DNA of 64,000 nt from Podarcis tiliguerta. Its lineage: Eukaryota. Made by a program: the position numbers and the translations under genes. The DNA lies in the NCBI GenBank assembly GCA_965153285.1, contig OZ229110.1. One strand, given 5' to 3'. The notes beneath the pieces were generated by a model. The model had not been told where the DNA came from, did no database searches, and was given only the letters and a program-made list of their open reading frames with translations. This document shows, piece after piece, positions 48,710-62,334 of the stretch (position 1 is the first letter of the stretch; the number at the start of each line of letters is the position of its first letter).

Positions 48710-48864
48710 TAATGATAATAATGATAATAATAGAAATACTGTTGCCCAATAATAAATACCCTGAAACCCAGCAATGCTCTCTATTATAATTAATTATTAT
48801 TATTATTATTATTATTAGAAATACTGCTGCCCAATCATAACTACCCTGAAACCCAGCAACGCTC
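48615..48864. repeat. Three 49-bp direct repeats separated by (AAT)/(ATT) microsatellite spacers
   Basis: Unit ~TAGAAATACTGTTGCCCAATCATAACTACCCTGAAACCCAGCAATGCTC at 48615-48663, 48731-48779 and 48816-48864. Confidence 0.9.
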
Positions 48865-49400
48865 TCCACGGGCAGCTCCCTGCTTTTCGCCCTGCGGCTC
48901 CTTTAAGAAACGTCTTCAGAAGAAACCCGGAAGTTGAGCTCTCGCATCCTCGTTCGTCACGGCGCGCCCCTCCACTTGGCGCATGCGCCGCCGGGGACGA
49001 CGAGAGCGGCCCTCCCTTTCTCCCGGTCTGCTCTGTCGCCGCCTCCTCCCCCCCCTCCTTCCCGGCACCTCCGGCGGTTGCTCTAATGGCGGCCCGGCCC
49101 GGCGGCCTCCCGGGGACGGCGACGACGATGTTGTGGCTGCTGGTGGCGGCCTTTCTCTTGGCCGCCGGCTCGCGGGCTTCGGAGGTGACCGGCGGCGCCG
49201 CTAGCGGGGAGGCTGTGGGCGCCAGCGAGCGGTTTAAGATCGAGGGCCGGGCGGTGGTGCCGGGGGTGAAGCCCCAGGACTGGATCTCGGGGGCCCGGGT
49301 GCTGGTGGACGGCGAGGAGCACGTCGGCTTCCTCAAGTGAGTAGCAGCCGGGGAGAGAGGCTGTCGGGAGCGGAAGGCTTTGCGGGGAGAGGGAACGGAT
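48865..49400 (+). promoter_or_regulatory. EMC7: CpG-island promoter of EMC7
   Basis: ETS/GABP CCGGAAGT at 48927-48934, NRF1 GCGCATGCGC at 48979-48988, YY1-like AATGGCGGC over the ATG. Confidence 0.85.
49086..49336 (+). CDS. EMC7: ER membrane protein complex subunit 7, exon 1 (signal peptide; [20 protein letters not shown]...EEHVGFL-K)
   Basis: Near-identical to recalled human EMC7 after the signal peptide; donor CAA|gtgagt. Confidence 0.96.
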
Positions 49401-49689
49401 TTGTTCGCCTTTTTTGATTCAAACCCCAACCCTCGCTCTCTCTCCCGTTTGGTCCCCACAACAACCTTGCCAGGTAGGCTAGCCTGACAGAAAGTGAGCC
49501 CCCCCCCCCCGAGTAGTTTAGGGGAAAATCCAACTCGGGCCTCCCCATTCCTCGTCTGAGACTACTAACCACTGCATCATAGTACGAAGTTGCATCACCA
49601 CCAACGTGTGCCTACAGAGACAGACAAATTTACTTGAAGAGATGGCTGTCTTTTTCTTCTGATTTCCCCCACGCGTTTAAAATCTTAAC

Positions 49690-49880
49690 AAATAAAAAAA
49701 TTCCTTCCGGTACACCTTAGAGACGAACTAAGTTTGTTATTGGTATGAGCTTTCCTCTGCATGCTTGGTATCTGATGAAGTGTACATGCACACAAAAGCT
49801 GGTCTCTAAGGTGCTACTGAAAGGATTTTTTTTTTTTTATTTTGTTCCAAGTACGGCAGACCAACACAGCTACCTACCTG
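49690..49880. mobile_element. Penelope-like element inverted pLTR fragment with a degenerate hammerhead motif
   Basis: Inverted arms (accttagagac / gtctctaaggt); TTGGTAT-CTGATGA-stem-(A)AAA-GCT at 49765-49800. Confidence 0.7.
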
Positions 49881-50160
49881 TTTAAAATCTTAGTTCAGAA
49901 AAGAGTCACCTTTCTTGAGCACGGGGCAGTCAATCTTAGGGCATGCTTGTTGCCACTTCGATGAATGCAACAAATGTTGCTCATTTCAAAGGACAAAGAA
50001 CTGGGAAACTTTTCCTCAAGCCTTTAAGGATACTGCTCTTTTTCCTGAACTCAAAAAGCACCGTTAAGCAATCACTAAACACCTCCTCTTTATTTCTGTA
50101 GTTTCTGTTTTCCAGCTTCTTGGTTTCTGCTGTGTACAGAGACACCTGCAGGTACCTGCA

Positions 50161-50408
50161 GCTGCCAGTGTGGTGTAGTGGTTAAGAGCGGTAGTCTCAT
50201 AATCTGGGGAACCGGGTTCGCGTCTCCGCTCCTCCACATGCAGCTGCTGGGTGACCTTGGGCCAGTCACACTTCTCTGAAGTCTCTTAGCCCCACTCACC
50301 TCACAGAGTGTTTGTTGTGGGGGAGGAAGGGAAAGGAGAATGTGAGCCGCTTTGAGACTCCTTCGGGTAGTGATAAAGTGGGATATCAAATCAAAACTCT
50401 TCTTCTTC
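50161..50408 (+). mobile_element. Young tRNA-derived SINE (Squam3-like)
   Basis: Box A TGGTGTAGTGG at 50171, box B GGTTCGCGTCT at 50215, (CTT)n tail, TSD TACCTGCA. Confidence 0.85.
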
Positions 50409-51024
50409 TACCTGCACCCTGTAATGTGCAAGCATGAATCCTGACTGTTGTTTTCCGTAGAATGTGCATCCCCATTCTTAAAGTTAGCTTGTGCAGTAGT
50501 GTGCACATCTAATTGCTACATAACATTATTTTTCTGAGATAGCAGGGTCACTGGGTGTTTTTTTTTTTGGGGGGGTGAGTGCTTTCTAGATTCTAGAATG
50601 TAGTTCTACAGGTATCTCTACTACCTAATAGGTGGTGCCTATTTCAGTAATGGCCAGTCTTGCACAACTCCTTTTCCATACATATATACACATAAGATGG
50701 TTTGAAAAAGCCATTCTGTACTTATGAGGATTGCCTTAGAACACTCAGTGTATCATGGCTGTGCCAAGATTTTCAATGGAAACATCCAGCTCCCACTCTT
50801 AAGTACTATGCAGCACCAGCTTAGTGGCATTGTAAGTTAGTGAAATAGAGCATTGTGTTATGAATTAATAGGTAGGGTTGGTAATCCCCCTCTTGATAGG
50901 ATGATAGCTCTTTGGTCTAATAAAGCTTTTTTGAGTTCTGACATGTAAAACATCTGTAGCCCATTTTAAATTATTGTAACTGTTCTGTGATGCAATTAAA
51001 TATATGATAATTTTTATTTTTCAG

Positions 51025-51144
51025 GACAGATGGAAGCTTTGTGGTTCATGATGTTCCTTCTGGATCATATGTAGTTGAAGTCATATCTCCAGCTTATAAA
51101 TTTGAACCAGTGCGAGTGGACATCACTTCAAAAGGGAAAATGAG
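51025..51144 (+). CDS. EMC7: EMC7 exon 2 ([40 protein letters not shown])
   Basis: tttttcag| and GAG|gtgagc. Confidence 0.97.
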
Positions 51145-52538
51145 GTGAGCGGCTATAGCTTTTTTATATATAGAATACTAAACCAAACTGATTTGCTATG
51201 GAAAACAGGGCTGGTTGGTCTGTTGGTAAGGCCTTAAACATTTTTGATGTTCTCTCAAATAAATAAATAGGCCTTAAAACTCCATAATTATTTGAATCCT
51301 CCACAGTTGCCTTCACTACAGCACGTTTACTGCTGGCAAACCACAATCTGAAGCCTTGGATTGGTGGTGGTTTACAAACCTTGTTTTGTTTTAACTTTGG
51401 CTTGCTGTTATGTACAAACCCAACATCCTTCCATAACCATGGTTTGTTTGCACATCACAGATGTTCACCAAGCTAGAAAGGCATAGGGCTAGAAAGAAAT
51501 CAAGCTTTAGAGAAACAAGCCATGCTTTGTTTGATCATCTTGGGGACAAATTTGTGGTTAATATGATTTGTTAAACAGACTGTGGCTTAGTGTTGGTTGT
51601 GAACCAAGCTCCTAAATTAATGTATCTGAAAACAAAACTTCTGCCAGGTGTGGTGTGATATATGATGAAAAATTTACTTTTAAAGATACACAAACTATAT
51701 CTGAAGGGGTTGGATCTAGGCTTGCACATTTGTTCATGGAAAGGACCAAGATCCATTGGTGGCTTCTGCTGAAATAAGGAGGTGGTCATTTTAATAGATT
51801 TCCCTTTCTCCCTGCAGGCCCCAGCACCCCTCTCCACATTTCCAGATGCCCCCCCCCCAAAAAAACCCCTCCAGAGTACCTTCTCAGCAGTGCTGTAGGA
51901 ACTGGCTAATGGGGAACTGACTAAAATAACCTCTTTACTTTAACAGAGCTTTCTATCCACAAGTTAAAGCCACCTGGTTAAGCTAAGCTTAACTCAGTTT
52001 CTGTTTGTTGCTAATAGTTTACAGAATGTTTTTCAGCTATGTTTTCCTCACTGAGAATATCTGCACAGTGATTACAGTGGCTTACAAAGTTCTTTTGAGT
52101 CTATAATCTTTGACATTTAATGCTAGACACATGATCACTGCTAATTTGTTACATTTGTGAGATCTGTCAAACTTAATTTGTCTGATACTGGATTATGCTA
52201 AATCTGTGATGAGTGTGTGTGTGTGTAAAATGGGTTGCTGTTGTTTTTCAGTAGCACCTGTTCTAGTTGCTATTTCCAAGGACATGCAGAATAAACTATT
52301 TTCAGGCCTCTCTTGGGAAAATAAAGTTTCACCAAGTAAACACATTTGTTGGGCTATAGATGCACATCTAATGCAGAATCTCTTATATGAGCAGGCGACC
52401 AACCCACGATCCTATATACAATTATGGTACTTTTTTAAAATCAAATTTTAAGCTGCTTAACTAATCACAGGATTATCACTTCAGTTCAAATGCAGTGATA
52501 GAGAAAATATCTAACCAAGATAATTTGTTGGGCTTTAA

Positions 52539-52748
<210 letters not shown>

Positions 52749-53318
52749 TAGCTGTTTATTGCCTATGTTTGAAAACCTATTTAAGGACCTTATTTGTAAG
52801 ATTTAAGGGTAAACATCAAACAGATTATATGTTAATATGCCACTGTTAGAAGATAATCATTAAACAAGGCTTGTTTTCAGGCAGGCATCTCTTGGGTGCA
52901 GGAGAGGCATCTCTAGAGGGAGGGATGGTTACATCATCTTAACAGGGATTTCTTGTCATACAATCAGCTGGGGGGAAATTATGAAGCATTGTAGACCTAA
53001 ATTAGCATCCCCAACTCCAGTTAATTTGCTATGCATTTGCAAAAAAAAAACAACCCCTCCAGCCCTATTGTATATAATATTTTTGAAGTAAACTACGAAT
53101 GTGTAACTGTGTTTTGTAGTAGGAGTCTTAAATGTGTGTTGATTTCTAGCTTGCCTCAGCTAGAAATTTCAGTTGAAACTGGAAGGCAGAGTGTGTGGCA
53201 GAGGAATGTGTTATAGGTTTGTTGTTGTTTTGAGGTTGAATCTAAAACTGAAGGGCAGTTCGGGACGCTGGTTGCTAAAGCAACCACAGGTACCCATTAA
53301 TCCTGGCTCAGTGCATAT

Positions 53319-53655
53319 GGTAAAGGTACCCCTGACCATTAGGTCCAGTCGCAGACGACTCTGAGGTTGCGGCACTCATCTCTCTCTATAGGCCGAGGGA
53401 GCCAGCGTTTGTCTGCAGACAGCCTCCGGGTCATGCGGCTAGCACGACTAAGCCACTTCTGGCGAACCAGAACAGCACACGGAAATGCTGTTTACCTTCC
53501 CGCCAGAGCAGTACCTATTTATCTACTTGCACTTTGACGTGTTTTCGAACTGCTAGGTGGGCAGGAGCTGGGACCGAACAACAGGAGCTCACCCTGTCGC
53601 GGGGATTTGAACCACCTACCTTCTGATTGGCAAGCCCTAGGCTCTGTGGTTTAGA
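53319..53655 (-). mobile_element. Sauria SINE
   Basis: Reverse complement of the 9019-9369 family. Confidence 0.9.
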
Positions 53656-54092
53656 TCAATGCTTATGGTAGGACTTGTTAAATGGAATAATTGAACTAGC
53701 CTAGATACAGATGCTTCAGTTATGCAGCACATTAAAAAAAAATTAAAATACCACACGCTGTGATACTTGGATATAGATCCACTCTCCCCTTTATTTGTAT
53801 ATTGTTGAATAATAAGTTAGTGTCTATTTTGACAGCTAAAACCCTGCCAGAAGAAATGGTTTCTCTGCTGCAGTAGTAATCAAAGGATCTACTCAAGGAG
53901 AGTGGATCTTGACTGGCTCAAGACTATGGTCATTGAGCCCCAACATGGAGTGTTTTCACCATATTTTTCATTTTTGGTGAGATTTCTAAATATTGGAATT
54001 TCTGTGCAGCCTCAGGCATATGTAGCTGCCTTTGGAGTTGTTGACCCCATCTAAGTATGTCACTGAGATGCGCCACTTGTATATCACTGTAA

Positions 54093-54398
<306 letters not shown>

Positions 54399-56605
54399 TA
54401 ACACTGCAAATATTGTATCTGAAGAAACCAAACCAGTCCAAATAAATATTACAGTCCAGAAAGTGGCTGGGAATGGTTTTTCTATTACCACTAAGATAGA
54501 AATACAGCTGTGGGCCAGAAATAAAAGTTCTCTAATAATGCTTAATTATTCAAATCTTTATGCAGAAAACATCAAATTCTAAGAGATGCTAAATCTAAAT
54601 TGTGTGCAGTGTAAACTTTGTATAATGTATTCAATGTATTATTTTCAGTCAGGGATAAGGTAGAAAGTGAAAGAACACCAAGAGAGGGCTTTAAGAGGAT
54701 GGAGAGAGATGTAATATGAGGAGACCAGGAAGCTGCAGCCTTAGTGTCATTGGACTGAATGAAACTAGTGTCTGAGAGCTGGTGTGTTGTGTTAGGACAG
54801 TCCGCTTCATCTCAACAACTTTCCATTCCAGCCCACAAAAGGGACCAAGATCCATTTGATCCCACCCAGACACAATCATACAAGATAACTCTTAGCTGCC
54901 CACTCATGCCGTTATTGAGAAGCAACAGAGAGTTGTACTTGGACATCTTTCATCAGTTTTAGGTTGCCTTTCCGGTTTGGTTCTAGGAGCAGTAGAGGCT
55001 GTTGCAACAGCCTCAATTTCTGCCAAACCTCTTTGGGTGTGAGCCAACAGCATCCACTCTTTTTCCTGCTGGCAGAAGCAGCAGCTGCCTAAAGATTCCT
55101 TGCTGCTGATATTGGGAATTAGCATGAGTCTGTTGGCTTATAGGTGGTGGAAAATGTTAGTCAAGCAGAGCCCACTGGGCAGAAAAATAAGTATGTCTTG
55201 GTTCTGGATGGGGAGCATGTGTAGTTTTCTACCATCATTTTGATTTCTTGGGCTGCACTGATTCCTTCATCTGCCCATTCAGTGCTATGGCCATTTCGCC
55301 ACTAGTTTGTCATGAAAACAGAGGCACTCATTTTGAGTTACAAAAATAATCTACCAGTCTCTTCCTATGTTGAATGAATGTCTCTGAGACTATTTCTGAC
55401 AATTTGTGTTATCGTCTCCTTTTCTTGCCTATTGCAATTAAAACAAGAATTCACATCCTAGTCACGTTCTTCTGTGACAAATCCATTATGACAGAAAGTT
55501 TTAAATATGATATTTATTAAATTATCCTAATTTATTGTCCTTTCACCATGCGTTATGCCGAATAGCGGAAGGCTAGAACAAAATGGAGATTCAAGGTGTT
55601 TACTAAATCTTCTTTATTTAGCAGTATCTACTGTTTGTCTTTGGCTGCTGCTTTTTGGGGTTCAGTTGGTATTAATTTCCTTTCCTTCTAAATGACCACT
55701 GTCTTCAGTAGTTCCTTACAGGTTTCACATTATTTTTGAGTTAATAGGTATAACATTCTAGATCATGAGACAGATGTTTAAATCTTCCATTTTAACTCTG
55801 GCTGCACACTTATCTGAGAATAAAGTGGAACTTACCTTTGAAAACTTGCAAAAGATTGCATTGTAAATGTTTAATATAAGGTTAAAAGTGGAGGCAGATC
55901 AACTGCTTGATCTGATGCATTTGCTGATGTGAATCAACATGCGATCTGCTCTCTTGGGCAAGAAATTGATTGCCTAATGGAAAAGTGTAGTTGACAGAAT
56001 CATGGACCATGTCCTCTGTGGAAGACATTGGGTAGGCTGCAATAGATGTAAAATGTTCTGTTCAATTTTGAAAGGCTAGGAAAAATTAATGACCTACCTC
56101 AAATCGGGCCCAGATTTTTTAGCAGACATATTTTAATAGAAGGCAACTGTTGGAAGGAAATAGCTTTTCAAAAAGATGCTTGACATACCTTGCCATGATA
56201 GTTCAATTTGTTTTAAACAATTTTTAAGAACTAGTGTGCCAAATTTTTTAGCATTTAAAAAGAAACTTTTTAAATTTGAAATTGGGAGAGATTTCAACCA
56301 AACTCACCTTTTAAATTTTTAATATGGCAATCCTTTATCCTGTAACACTACTTTAGACATGGTTATCTCTGTTTTTTGCTTTTAGAACTTCCTTTTCATT
56401 TATTTATATCAATATAACACAAGAGGTTTTTTTTTAGTTGTAGTTTAGGCTGTGGCTGTATAAAGAGTCTATAGTGGGGGTATATGGGTAGAGAGCAGCT
56501 GCAAAATGACACCACTACTGACAGAACAATTAACCAAATTGGCGTATTTTTACGATTTGGAAATGGTTTTACTTAATACATTCTTCTCTTTTTGTATGCA
56601 TTTAG

Positions 56606-56758
<153 letters not shown>

Positions 56759-57009
56759 TTGTTTGTTTCTCTGGAGCCACAATTTGCACAGCTCTGTTAT
56801 GTGGTATCATCTATATGTTCTGTGGAAGAACAAAAAAGCCACTACTGTAACCTAAATCCAATGTGAAATTGGACATGATACAACTGTTGTGTGTGCTGTA
56901 GCTTTTTAACCTATTTAAATATCTTGTTCTTTAAACACATGGGGACATTGCTTCACTTCTGTATCTCTGTAAAGACCGATGAAGAGTTAACTCCTTTGTA
57001 GAGAATGAC

Positions 57010-57015
57010 ATTAAA
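57010..57015 (+). terminator. Candidate EMC7 poly(A) signal (ATTAAA)
   Basis: Variant hexamer ~250 nt after the stop; I saw no canonical AATAAA nearby. Confidence 0.35.
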
Positions 57016-58007
57016 GAATTTAAATTATGTGAAATATATTGATGATTCTTAAAACATCACTGTAAAGCATCTGATTTCAAGAAGCCAAGTGTCTTTAACC
57101 CACTGTTCTTAACTTACGTAGTCTATAAATGCACAATATTTTTCTTAACCTAACATTACTTGTGCTTATTGAAAGAGAACCTCTTTTGATTGATTTGTTT
57201 TTATTTGAAGCATTTTTACTCCTCCTCGGGTGAAAAAGTGTCCCATAGCTGCTTACAAAGGTCAGTAAGAAGACAGCTCCTGACTTTGGGCATAGAATCT
57301 AGAACATACAACAATGTAAGGAAAAGGGAGGAGGAAAAAGATAAATCCAGGCAGTACTTCAAAATTACAATGTACTTAAAGTTGGAAGCAGGAATAGAAG
57401 CAATTAAAGAGTTGAGAACTGCTTGTAACAGCAAATATAGTGGCCCTGATTCCCTTCTCTCTTTCCTTTGGTACCAGTTCTTAAATTGTCATGCTAGTTT
57501 TTGTGGAGTGCTTGTGGTTTTCCTTTTCGTCATGGAAGCATTTTTGAGGGGAAACTGTTCTACTGGGAGTGCCCTCACGTACGATCCCTTGCTGCTTAGA
57601 AACCACACATTCTCTTGCCTACCTTCCACCACTATAACATTTTAACAAAAGCTTTGTGCATGTAAGTCTACACTGGTTTATCTAAAATGTTTTGGATAAA
57701 AATGGTTGACCATTTCTGGGCTTGAGACACTAGTTGTTACCTTGCGCCTTCTTAGCAGAAACAACAGAAGAACTTAATGCTGTAGCAAGTATGCGCAACA
57801 ATCAACAGACAAGAATGCTGGCAGGCAAAGGAAACTGATACCCTAATCTCACATGTTTTATAAGGATTCTAAACCTGTGGCCCTCTAAGATGGTGGTGGA
57901 CTTAAATTCCTATCAGCTCTGACCTGTGGTCAAGCTGGCCAGGAATGATGGGTGTAGTAGTACAGACACATCTGGAGCTCCACAAGTTCTTGATTCATGG
58001 GCTAGAG

Positions 58008-58140
58008 CAGGTGTCCTCAACCTCAGCCCTCCAGATGTTGTGAGACTACAATTCCCATCATCCCTGACCACTGGTCCTAGCTAGGGATCATGGGAGTTGT
58101 AGGCCAAAAACATCTAGAGGGCCGAGGCTGAGGAAGCCTG
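58008..58140. mobile_element. Family H palindromic hAT MITE
   Basis: Perfect 8-bp TSD GGCTAGAG; directly abuts an older related copy at ~57865-57999. Confidence 0.88.
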
Positions 58141-58285
58141 GGCTAGAGAGTATAAATGGTAGATGAAGTGCTGAAGGACAGGAAGTTTAGTTTTTGCCTT
58201 GTGAGAGAGGCATCATTCCACTCTTGGCTAGAGCCTCTAAAATGCAGTGCATAGCCAGTAGGCTTGGACACCCAACAGCCTAGAT

Positions 58286-58421
58286 CAGGCATGGCCAAAT
58301 GTGGCCCTCCAGCTGTTTTGGGACTACAACTCCCATCATCCCTAGCTAACAGGACCAGTGGTCAGGGATGATGAGAATTGTAGTTCCAAAACAGCTGGAG
58401 GGCCAGGTTTGGCCACCACTG
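58286..58421. mobile_element. Family H-related palindromic hAT MITE
   Basis: Perfect 8-bp TSD GCCTAGAT. Confidence 0.88.
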
Positions 58422-61400
58422 GCCTAGATGTTAAACAGCGTGGGAAACAGAATTGACATTTGTTGGACCCCAAAGCCATGGAGCCAAGCAACAATATCCT
58501 AGTGTTACTTGCTGGTAGCAATCCTCCAACTCACACCTCCTTGAGTTGCTAATGAAGAACAACTCAATGATGATCTACAGCGACTGAGAAGTCAAGGAGA
58601 ACCAACAAAGTTGCATCCCTGCCCTCTGGACTCTCTCTTGACAGAGGCCATCCATTAGGACAACTACGGCTGCCTCTGTGCCAAACCCAAGCCTGAAAGA
58701 AAATTAGAATGGATAATTTGCTTTCTCCCGCAGTACTTCAGCTGGCTAGCCTTGCCCAGGAAAAGATCTTTGGAGATTGGATGGAAGCTTTTTAAAACCT
58801 CTTCAAGAGGGGTTACACCAACTCTTTCAAGGCAGTGGGTATAACAGCTTGGCATTTTGAAGTAAAGTGCCACACATTTTAAAGGACAAGTTCATGAAGG
58901 TGACTTTCAAAGGCCCTTTGAATACATGGTATGTCCAGAAGTTATGCTATCAATATTTGATGGTATTGAAGGTCTTGGGAATTTGTTCCACCCACTCTTT
59001 CTATATCTCAGCATAGATGGTTGCTTGGGATTGCATGTATGTCTTTCCACTGCAAAGCTTGAGACCTAGGGAAGTGGTGGTATCAGCAACATGAATGTGT
59101 GGGACCCAAAGTCTTTCCTTCCAAAATTCTAGGCTGATCCCATAGTCTTTTTCTAGAAGAATTATATGTTGTGCTGCATCTAGAGCAATTGGACCTTGAA
59201 CTGATTATTATTACAGAATGAATTGCTCAGTCCAAAGCTGATAATGAGACTTTAAGAGTTGTTTTGAGATTAATTCTACCCATGACTAAATTGTCTCAAT
59301 TTGGGATACTTTTAAAGGGTCTGCTGGGGCCATGTAATCAGCATTAGCCTTTAACATGAAGGGGTGGAATTAATTGAACAACTATATCATCTGGAGTGTT
59401 TTCACAGACTGAAATAACTTAATCAAACATTAATAGCAGCAGGGGAGAAGTTTTATATCTGAGACACAAAATTGAAAAGGTGCTGGTTTATACAAATCAC
59501 GGTTATTGCAGAAAGGAGAACAAAGCTCACTGCCTTTTAGCATGAAGACCAGCACTGAACCAATATGCCATTTATCACAACTGCTCATTGAAGAAGTTGG
59601 TGGGGGCAGGGAGCAATTGAAGCATTTGAAGCTTATTACAGTGCTGCCTGTGACTCTCGAATTCAAATGAATCCAGATATATAAATCTACATGTCTTCAT
59701 AGAACTTCCTTTGCTCTCAAATGAGCATAGAGCATTCTTAGACAGGATTTCAAAAAATATCGGCTGCACAGGACTCTCAATGTCTTCCATAGGAAAGGCT
59801 AATTGCAAAAGCTTTCCGTTTGCTGATGTGTGCTGGGGAACCTGTGGCCCTTCTGATGCTGTTGACTCCCAACTCCCATCAGCCCCAGCAAGCATGGCTG
59901 ATGGTCAGGGATGATGGGAGTTTTAATTCAACAAGAGCTGGAGGGCCACAGGTTTCCAGCCCTTCTGCATTGGTTTGTGTGATGGGTCCGTACGATGGAA
60001 TGTTCCTACGCTTGCATTCTAGAGTGGTTGAAGGAGTCATATGGAGAAATGGGTAGGAGAGCAAACCCCATTGACCTGCCTGGCTTGGCTCAAGATAGCC
60101 AGTGGGAGGCAGTTATGGAAGAAGTACACAGATGCGCTCTACGATCTCTCACATAGCAACATGTGGAACGGTGGGCTAGTGCTGAGTTCATTGGCGTGGC
60201 TCTTTGCTGCACGGGCATGTTTTTCAAATTACACCTTGTTGATAATAGATCAGATCAGTAAACAGAGCCCTCCAAGGAAATGAGACAACATTCCAAACTC
60301 ATTCACATGATGTTGGTAACAGAGGTTCTGTTCAGAATGCAAGTGTCTCCTAGCACTTGCCAAGGGTAGGTGTGCAAACTGAAGGAATTTGAATAGGACA
60401 AATAATTATGAAGTGGATGGAGAAAAGAGACCAAAAGCACTGCAAAGCAGAATCAGAACACACCACCTGCAGAGGCAGAATTGATCTTTATGAATGTATT
60501 TATTTTATTATTGCTCCTACTGCATATATAGCAATTGCCAGATGGTGATGTCTACAAGAAAGGAGGATGTGAACTACGGCATTGTGTTCCAGATATGGAA
60601 GGCATTCACTTCTTAAACATACACTACCTCCGAACATGGCAGAGTAAATTATTCCAGCAATTCTAATGCACAAACAGTTGTATTCTCTACCATCCTGACT
60701 CCCTAAAGCTACCCTATTGGATTCCTTGTTTGTGTTTCCTAGATACCATTCATCCCATTCATCATAAACAATCATGTAATAATTTCTTTATATGTAACTC
60801 TCTTACATGCAGGGAGTGGGATCACTCTTAGTTAATGGTATATACAAACTTGGCCAGCGAAGACACTGGACGTTAAAAGCATCATCATTTCTAATGTAAC
60901 TGACTGCATTGTAACAATGACCAGAATCCAAAGTGGCAGGCATTGTGTTATGGGTACATGTGGGGAATCTTCAGCTTTCTCCTTCCAGTTACTCTCCCTC
61001 ACCCTCTCCAAAAAGTCCACTGAAAGTCAGACCCTTTAGAGCAAAACCCAGTTAGGTACATGGGTATCAACCACCTCCCTCGCATACATGCACACCTGCA
61101 ATTGTTTCTCATGCATACATGGGCCAATCTTGATCACAGCCAATGTGATTTAACGTTCAATTAAAATCTGTGGGCCAAAGTATGGCAGTTTGCTTGTTTG
61201 TGCCATCAATATGCACAGTGTTTTACAGAGCTGAATGAGATAGGTCTCTCTGCCTGGAGTTTATAATCAAAGATAAGAAGAAGAAAAAGAGGCGGTCAGT
61301 TAAGCTACATGTACTCAGCTGCATTTACAGCAGAAAGCATGGGAATGTTCCACTGTCCAAATAGAATTGGATAACAATGTATTGCTCTGGTTTCCGTTGG

Positions 61401-62112
61401 ACCACATCAGCACGGCTGAGAGGAGGGTTGTGTCACCTGGACGGCCCAGCCCCTCCATACACACTACCTAGGCTTGCTGTGAATTTTGCTTCCAGGTTTA
61501 ATTCAGAAAGGAAGTGTGCCTCAATTATTAAAAGCTTGAGAATCATTGGATTGGAAGGTATGAAATTGTTCTACTGATTGTTTAATATTGTATCTCAAAA
61601 GAGATCTTTAAGAGATTGTTAATTTAATTATCTAGGTTGAGATTAAAAATTGTTCATAATTGATGATAAAGTTAAAACAATTTACCCTGTTTAATCCTCC
61701 CTAGCTAGTACTCCTAACATATGGAGTTGCTTCCCCATTCCATTCAGCAAGAAAATAATTTATCAAAATTCTAGCAGGCTTGGATATAGGACCCCACCTT
61801 CCCATGCAATCTATAAAGCAGCTGCCCTTGGAAATGCGTTTATCTTGTAGCAATTATCTTGTCCTGCCTGCTTCTTTCATAGGCGTAGGCGTTCCAGGCA
61901 AATATATACTTACTCAGCTAGCTGTGACATGTCTAGCCTTCTCTTCACTTGGGTAGTATGGCACAAAGCAGACATAACCCTACAAGAGCTGCAAGAACTA
62001 GCAATTAGCTTTTGTGGCAAGCAAATGGACCAGTGGGTCTGGCTAATGAAATGTGAACCTCCTTAGTGGAACTATGGTGGTTCCATGACTTTTCACTACT
62101 AACGTCTTAAAA

Positions 62113-62249
62113 CAGCCTTTTTCAACCTTGGGTTCTTAGATGTTGTTGGACTACAACTTCCATAATTCCTAGCTAGCAGGAACAAAGATCAGGAGATGAT
62201 GGGAGCTGTAGTCCAACAACATCTAGGAACTTGAGATTGAAAAAGCCTG
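62113..62249. mobile_element. Family H palindromic hAT MITE
   Basis: CAGCCTTTTTCAA...TTGAAAAAGCCTG; degenerate TSD. Confidence 0.8.
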
Positions 62250-62334
62250 CCTTAAAGAAATAGTGACAGTTGACATAAAAGGCAGATCCGTTCATATTGA
62301 GATTACCTGGGTTTATTGCTGAGTGGGGCTGGTG

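Noticed and set aside
48615-48864. Repeat-spacer layout resembling a CRISPR array
   Set aside because: Vertebrate DNA, the spacers are microsatellites and there are no cas genes; treated as a local tandem duplication.
50161-50235. tRNA-like sequence with A and B boxes
   Set aside because: Head of a SINE (continues into a SINE body, (CTT)n tail and TSD), not a tRNA gene.
57190-57645. 151-aa ORF downstream of EMC7
   Set aside because: Non-ATG start, no homology or exon structure; a chance ORF in 3' flank.
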